This document shows, piece by piece, positions 27,601 to 36,600 of a DNA stretch of 64,000 nt. The stretch is from Phoronis australis (taxonomy: Eukaryota > Animalia > Phoronida). Position 1 is the first letter of the stretch. Every line of letters begins with the position of its first letter. Location of the stretch: positions 35,958-99,957 of the forward strand of contig NMRA01000384.1 in the NCBI GenBank assembly GCA_002633005.1. Direction: 5' to 3'. Below the pieces are notes generated by a model. The model worked only from the letters and a program-made list of their open reading frames with translations. It was not told the DNA's origin and did not search any database. A program made the position numbers and the translations under genes.

Positions 27601-30600
27601 AGCTAATTTAGAGTCGTTTTTTGCTAACTTTCTAGCTTTTGCAATGACTTCAACAATTCTAGAAATTACATAATTGTAGTTCAGAACAATTCATACAGTC
27701 ACACTGATGTATCATAATCACACTTTGAATGTCACTCTCTTACTTTGCATTGGCATCTGTGGTTGCTGCTGCTGCTGTTGCATCATGGGATACGCCGCCT
27801 GCTGTACATTCATAGGCTGTGTGGCTACCGGCTGTTCCACATGGGGCTTGTGAGCGATCTTTGGCTTACCGGGGTTACCAGCAGGGGGCACACTGTGCAT
27901 GACTGGCTCCGGATCCACAGGCTCTGGCGACTGCTGCAGATAAAAAGCAGACTCACAATTTTTAATGTGCAGTTGATATTACCCATGCAGCATTACTCGT
28001 GTTTTTCTACACTTCAACAGCAAGATGAAGTGAAATTTTTATGTTAAAATTAAAACAGTAAACAACAGTTTAACAAACAGCTCGTTCAGTCAATCCTACT
28101 TTGATATCTTATTTAAATTTACTGATTATCCACCCATCCTATATACAGTAAACAGTAACTACAATCTATTTCAATTGCAAATACCTAGCAATACTCTACC
28201 CATTATAGGTGCAAAGTCACCATAAATTTTTTCACTCACTATGTAAAAAGAATCACAACAAGGAATTTCTTTCACGAGGTTATGAACTGCCTTCCATCAC
28301 AGAATACAACTATAGATTTAGATCACTTGCTGTATCGAAACTGGTTTCAAACTGTAACTTATTCAAATTGGAGGTGATTTCAAGGCTTCGAAATAATTGA
28401 AAATTCATTATTGCTTGAGACCAGGATGTATAAGTTGGCGTTTAGCTTAACGCGACGAGTATGGTCTCACGGAATAACGACCTGTCAGTTCTTTGCAAAC
28501 CTAAACAACGCTTCTCGTCTAATTGATAAACAATTTGAGAATAATTTTATAGCCGCAGTAAACAGTAAAAATCAAGAATTTTTTGTTGGACGGAACACGG
28601 GTTTACATCTGCTTGAAAATGTACAACTACTGCACCCATCTCGTATATACAATCATTGTATGCCAATCTCGTATAAACACTCTATAAAACTCTACCTGTA
28701 CATGTTCCTCATCCTCTGAACTATCAGGATGGGCGGGCACACTTCCACTGAACGGTAACATGGGTTTACCCATCTTGGCCATCCGTGAAATCAGCTTGGC
28801 CTTACCACTAGTTGGGGACTGCAAGTACGTCATGCGGGATATAGAAACGACAGGGCAAAATTTTGGTAACGGCAAATTTTTTTCAATTTGAGACAAAAAT
28901 AATTGGTAATATTGCCATACTTCTATTATTCAGAGGCTTACCACATTGCTGCACACACCATACAAACCAGTTTAAAACCGCAGAAGAGTTATTTTTGTTG
29001 CGAAATTTGACAAAATGAAATAATTACACCTGTCGTGCATATTTTGTCCCAAACTGAAGAATTTTCATCATAATAAACTAAGCAATGTCCCGTAAAGCCG
29101 AGACACTAACCAGCCATTTGGGGAAAGAAATCATCACATGAGGAACAGAAGTTGTGAAATCTATCCTATAATTTATGAATTCTATCCCATAATTCATGAA
29201 TTCTATCACATAATTCATGAATTCTATCCCACAATTCAACATTCCAACCTCACCAACCAATCACTTCAATGTCCGCCATTTTGTTAGGTTATCTTAGAAT
29301 GGTTTCAAACAGACAGGTGAAACACTCACCTTCTGGAAACATGCCCAACTGTTGTTTTATGACATGAACACCGCACAAAACAATCTAATAGTAAACTATT
29401 TTTTTCTCAATATATTCTTTAATTTTGTTGAGAATTTTGACAAAAACATTTCACTATAGTCAGCCACATTGTGCTAAATAGGTCAAAAATATTTTCTGTG
29501 CCATAGAATAAATACATTTGAACATTAATTACATGCTCCTAATACTCTTAGGTATATTTTGTAAGATACATAATAATAAAGAGTAATATATAATAATAAT
29601 ATAAGGTAGATAATTAGGCCAATCAAATACTGCGGCAATATGCAAATTATAACCAGGCAGAAGAGAGTAAGAGGGAATTTCACAGATAAATAAAAATCAA
29701 GTTTAAAAAAACAAGAAAACAGTGCACATGATGCAAATATAGACTACCCAAATTTTCTTAATATTTAAACTCATTAAACATCATTAACTACAAAAAACAA
29801 AGTGTACAAACACATTCCCTGCAAACCTGAGACAACTGTTCATTGATTGACTTTGACCTGGCCTTCACCCCGTCATCATCAGGGGTCAGTTTCCCCGTGC
29901 TGTCTGTTGACGCCTGCGTCGCTACAACGGGCACCTTTACAGGTGTGGACTCATTTGCACTACCTGCCGGTGAAGACGACTGTGCTGAGGGGTTGTCCTT
30001 CTCTTTAGCAAGCTTCACCTTCAAGGGTAAGGCAGAAAATGATAACTGAGAGCCACTGAATACTATTCACCATGTTTCAAAAGGTATTATAGATTACATT
30101 CAATTGTTACCATGGTTTACTTATTAATTAAAGTGTGCACCAGTCCAACTTTAAACCAAGGGTCACACTTCTTCAAATACCTTTCAGTTTTTAGTTTTCA
30201 ACCCAAGAATATCAATATTTCAAAATCATCGATGGATTTTTTACTCATTTTTCTAATTTGCTTAACTTCCACAAAAATTTTGCTCCAGAAGAGATTTCAT
30301 TGCTTTTCTCTGCAAGATGGAGTATTTAATAATATCATGGCAAAACTTTCATAATATATTCGGACATGAAATAAGTGCAGTAGATGTTTTGCCTGCAGCA
30401 GTCAATACACATCTACACTGAACAACATGATGTCACAATCTCACAAAAGTACCCAGTTCATTTCCCATTCATTCATTAAACACAAGCTGAATGTGATCAA
30501 ATATTCACGGTACCCACCCTCACAACTTGTACATCGAACACCAGTGTAGAGTTTGGAGGCACTCGGCTGCCCGCGCCTTGAGCACCGTACGCCAGTGAGG

Positions 30601-33600
30601 GAGGGATGATCAGAATACGGCGGCCATTCTTTCGCATTCCCAGCATGCCCTCATCCCATCCCTGTGAGAAGACAATACTGAATTACAAAAACACCAACAC
30701 CACGATAAGAAAAACTGACGTTTAATACATCCAAGCTGCTGCTCCACTTATACTGCACAAAAATAATTGCCAAAATGGTCACTTCCGTTTTTCAAAGCTT
30801 GGTTATCTTTTTACAAAAACCATGGGAGTTTTAGAAAATTAATGTTCTTTTATGACACTTAACAACACTACAATCCATTGTAGTAATAGTCCAAAATGTT
30901 CTTGATCTTTTTGTGGAGAAATTTCACAAAATAGAATTTCACTTGTCGGCCATGTTGCATGCTAAATAAGTGAAAAATTACCATAACATGTGAAATGTCT
31001 TCGTTACTCGAAACAAAAAGTCGTTCTTATGCAAGACCCTTAGAAATATGTCCAAATTTGGTCAACTTTGTTACACCATACCTCAGAAACGGCAAATCCG
31101 ATTCACGTGAAATTTTCACTGTTCTCTAAAGCACCGTTAGGAATTGCTTTCAAAATGTACCGGTTTTCCATACAAAAATAGGACTTTTATAGTTTTCATG
31201 AAATCGCATTAGTTGTACAAAATGAAAATGACATGATTTAGAAAACTGTAACAGCATTTTTGTGACACCATCTTGAACATCAAGTGAAATTTAGTCAAAG
31301 ATATGCTAATGATGCCCTTTCTTTCTTTTTCCGTAAATTTTAATATAGACATGGTCACGTGACCCATTTAATAGCAGACTGGTATAAAGTAAAAATCCAA
31401 TTCTACAATCTTTCTACTTTCCGAAAATACTAATATACTTCTTCCAAGTTAAAATTTATAGTTTTGTGTACATTTGGCTTAATTGACACGGTCCTAAACA
31501 ACCGTGAAAAAACGCTTTTAAGCATTTTAATGTATTTTAAAAAATGCTTTGGTCACATATCAGGTAATGCTCAGGCAATCCTGCCGATGAATTATATGCC
31601 AAAGCCTAGCAATTTTTTATGGCACCGATTGCATCGAAAGTGAATTTTGACAATGCCACCTTGCCGGCGTTTCCGATCATCTCCCAACTGTTGGCCGACA
31701 TGACAATTCCCTGCTTCAAACTCGTCTAGTGACGTCAGAAGGCCCATGTGACCCACCCACTACTTCAATACAGGTATTAACACTACAGGAATGGTGTCAA
31801 CACATCTCCAAAGGACTGACTAGTCCAGCCAGATTGATGGCTTTTTGTGCCCATCTTACTTGATCGATACTACGAATAATCAAATTGGTTGCAAAAGTCT
31901 TCTCTATGATGGTATTTAAAGGTTAAACACACATTGTGTAAAAGTAACGTGATTTTACAACTTGCGCTTCACGAAGTAAAAAGGAAAGCATATCAGAATC
32001 AAAATTATTTCGCGAAAAGGTTTACTATATAACAAGATGCCTATCGCCGTAAATGGCTCATTACAAAACATTATCAAATTTCTAACATTATCAACTACTT
32101 AAAGCTATTACTTTGAAGTGAGTAAAGAGCAGATAGCGTTTGGTAAGTTGGACATCCAACTTACCTTGATAACCTTTCCTTTGCCCACTTTGAAACGGAA
32201 TAACTTGTCTGCTTCAACATTGGAATCAAAAACCTGAAAAATTAAAAATCTGACACCAAATGCTAAATACTACAATAACTGAATTGGCACAATTTTAAGA
32301 AATTGGTGAAATCCTTTCAAACAAGCAATGATAGTCGCAATTGTTCTTCGTCACCACTTTTTGCATTTAAATCCAAGCTTGTCTAAATACATTGCAGTCT
32401 CAGCAACAACTGCTCTGTAAACACGAATAATATTGACCTAGCTTGGTTACTTTCTAATACTGAGGGCTTGCATGATAGATTTTTGCCTGAGTGGTAGTTG
32501 CCAGTAATGACTGAAACCATGGTCGTTAGTGAGATTTAGTCAATTGCTGCGTTTCTAAGATAAAACTGGTCCTGTTGGAGTCGCCTTTCACATGAGTAAG
32601 ACCTCTGTAGATTTTGTCACACTGCATACCAGCAATTACTTTTAGCCTATAGGTGATATCTTGTCCAGTTTGCCTCTCACACCAGGGACCTCTGTAGGAG
32701 TTTTGCTACACTATATTTTGGACTATAGGTGGTCCCTTGGTTCCTCCAGCAACATTCACACCAAGGACCTCTAAAGGAATTTTGCTGCACTACATACCTG
32801 ACCCAGAGTGTTGTTAGTAAGCAGCCACCCAGTGTACTTGACCTCAGCTGAGTCACCGACTTCCAGAGCTCCGCCCTCTCCCAGAAGGGTGTCTTGACTG
32901 ACAACTGCATTCAACGAGGGACCAGCACTGTTTGCCTTCGCCAGAGCCACCTGGTGAATGATTAAGACACCCGATTTGAATTTATTTTTCCCATTTATTA
33001 AAAACCAGTGTCTGCTAATTCAATAAGTAGTATCCAGCTAACATCGATGAAATCTGTTTTAAATTTTACGGAATTTGACAAAAAGTTTGCCTTTTTCCCC
33101 CAAATTAATGTCAGTTGTTTTCTCTGCAGTCATATCTTACTGTATCATAACAGAAATAGATTTCTATTTTGGTTATTTTTAGCTTTAAATCTTCTAAACA
33201 ACATACTGGGTCATGTTGGAACTTCAAGTGACAGTATCTTTTTTCTAAGTTGCAACTCAACAATAACTTTTCCAAATTACATGCTTCCTTGACCAAATGG
33301 ATTGCTTGTAATATGTCATTTCCACTGTCAAATCAACCATTTTACCTGCTTGGCAAATTCCATTCCAGTCTCGGGCTTCTCAAACATGACTGACCAGCTC
33401 TGACGGGCATCGTCATAGAAACTGCCATAGTTGTTGGCTTGGATCTAAATAGAACATTAGAAACAAACATGATGGTGACTTAGATCTGCCTACATCACCA
33501 CAGAAACGATGGTTTTTGGCTTCATGGATCTTAACACAACATTGCTGCACCATAGAATGGGTTTAAATCTAAACAAAACAATGTTATTCATAGAAACTAT

Positions 33601-36600
33601 GTCACTGATAATAGTTGACTCCTATCTGAACACAAAATCAACACAGAAACCCTGATGGCAACACACAGAACTTACCATCAGTTGTAAGCAAGTTTAACAG
33701 TGTTGAAATCAATGAAATGTACGTCAAAATACAGGCGTTCAGCAAAGATTCAACTTGTATGCATTTGACCTCAAGTCTTATTGTACGGAAAAATTTAACT
33801 TAGGGAAAAGGTAACAACCTAACCTATTGTTAAGTGTTCCTGTGACTATTTGTTAGAGCTCACAAGTCACAACAAACAAATTCATCTATCACAAGCTCCG
33901 CCCCCTTGTGAAAAGTGGACAAACAATAAGTTTTACCCGGCAATGTGTTGTTTGTCGGGTAAAATGGCAGCTTGGAAACGAAGGTGTGTCAAGAATGGTC
34001 GTTCTGATTGGTCAGTTACGCCGTCACTCAAAATCCTGGCGATAGGTCAATAATGTACACCGTCACTAAAGCCCAGTGGAACTACTTTCATCAACGGGTA
34101 TCAAAGGTTTTTTAACTAAGTCCTTTTTGGCTAATATTTATTGTATTTCATTGGAAAAAAAATTCCAAAATGATTTTTCAGAAGTCAAAACAGATAAAAA
34201 AATCACAAATGTTCTTACACGACAGTCTAGATTATTTCAGCCAGTGGTTTATCACTGGAAGTCATCACTAATGCAGTAATAGCCCAGCTCCACACAAAAT
34301 AAGTTAGATCATTGTTCCTGACGTAGAACAGTTCTGTCTACCGCCAGCTGTGTCTGTTGACAACATACACACGACCACAGTATGGGCCAAGTTTCTAATA
34401 TTGGTGTGAACTTACAGAGAAGGTAAATTTCGTGTTAACATACGGAGAAAGTGAATGTTGGTGTTAACTTACAGAGAAGATGTTTAAACTTATCGAGAAA
34501 GTAATTGGTTTTAACTTATGGAGAAGGCAAGTGTTGGTGTGAATTTACAGAGAAAGTAAATGTTGGTGTGGACTTACGGAGAAGGCAAATGATGGTGTTA
34601 TCTTGGCATTGGTCACTTGTTGCTGTTTGCTGACGTACAGCAGAATCTTGTACTAGAAAGGTAAAAGTACAATAGGCAGAGCTATTACCAATTTATCTGT
34701 AATCAAAAATTATAACAGACTACTACTATCATTATTATTTATGTTACCCACAAACAGCACTTGACAAGATAACATTCAGCAAGAGAGAAGAACAACGTAA
34801 ATTAAATAACACTTCATTTCAACAAAAATAACGTCTTTCGGTAACTCTCTAAGAAAATTGTAGAAACTGAAGTTCACTATAACGAAATGAACTTGACGTA
34901 TACAGTACAGTTGGCTTGGTACTTTGGAATGTAAGCGAGTGAATATGGACAACCAGCCGCATTGCAATGTTGTTTGACTGTAACTCACCTATGTGCTAAG
35001 CGCTCTAAAACTATTACAATAAAAGCTGAATTTCGGTGATGCTTAGAAGTCAATATTAAATTCTCGTCCGGAGTGCTTTGGGTTTAAAAACACTTTCTAC
35101 CCTCATCCAACTATGAATTACTACAAAATGAGCCGGAAACTCAAGTCCCATTCAATATGTATACATGTGTTACTCTTGAATTCGCAATTTTAGGGTTGGC
35201 AAACCTCAATAACTGCTGAAAGGTTTTATCAAGTCGCTGACAATTTCAAAGTTTTTGTAGGAAAGTGAGTAGAGTCATAGCATGGAATATACCGAGACAG
35301 GTTTTATGAGAGTAAAAGGCCCAATTCGATTTTTGTTTCTCGCCAGATGAAAGGGGTGAAATGCAGATTGGATAACACACTTATAGTACAATAAGAGAAA
35401 TTTATTTAACGTTAAGTCCACTGAAACCAAATTGTGTTATTCATAACTTAAACTTCCTTGTCCTAGCTATGAACTGAAACGAACCTTAGAACACAAAGAA
35501 TACTCTCAAATACTTTGAACAGTCTAGTGATATCATTTTCTGACAAAAATCATCAAATAAAGACCCGTATAGCAAATAGCAATTTACTGACTACAAAGCT
35601 TAGAAAAATTTAGTCTTACATCAAGAGTTGAGTGTGTAGATAATATGGCTGCTCCAACTTTTCCTTGACTGGTATGCTGGTTATCCACACTGGAATGCAT
35701 AAACAATGGTCAGCTGACAATTGATCTTATGGGAGACTTAAAATATGCTAGACCAGAATAGGTAAAAATGTTTGGCTTGGCCAGTACAAGTTTTGAAGAA
35801 AATACAAATGTTACAACCGTGGTTAACTTTCTGTTCATATCCAGGTAACATTCACTTTCAGGGGTACTGCATTTTGAGAACCATTTTTCTCCACTGAATA
35901 ACAGGTATCAAACTGGTTCTCTAATTCTGGGGACTGCTGTAAGTGACTGCCCATCCCTGGCTTAATAGGATCAAGTATACGCGCCTGAAGTCGCAGGACC
36001 AGCAATGGGTACGGTAAAAAATATTCAGTTTGGGACACCAAAATTCAAGTTGAAATTAAATTTGCTCGATTCTGAAGATTAGAACATGGCTGACTTTACT
36101 TTCATCATATATCCTTACACGGATCCGAATTGACACGAGCGGAATTCCGAGAATCAGAATGAGAATTCACTAAGTAACTGACATTTGGTATTTAAAAATG
36201 GATAACTGGTTCTCAAACTTTGTAATGTCGAGCTCAGTATAATGAATTATAGCCCAGTTATGGGCAGTAATCCCTCCACACTCTCACAGGTAGCAAGAAA
36301 AATGATGCAATGTACTTACTATTTATATGCGTGCACAGCTGTGGCGTAGGTGACTACTGGAGCTGCTGCCCCCTGTTGAGCTGGAGAAGCTTCTAAAAAG
36401 AGAGGAATGATATTTTAAACATATCATTTCTAGGATTGAATCAGGCTTAAAATTACCGGATAATTAAGGCAAAGAAACTTTCAGTCTCTTCAGTGAAGTG
36501 CTTTTGTCTTACGTTTTGCGTCAAGCTAAAAGAGTCTTTGTCAAGAAACTTTTTATGACCAGCCGCTGAGCACAAATTGAAGGAGAATTTCTAAAAATCT

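Noticed and set aside
30770-31370. Possible DNA transposon in the FKBP15 exon 8-9 intron (also 10534-11362)
   Set aside because: TE-like composition, but I could not establish matching TIRs or TSDs.
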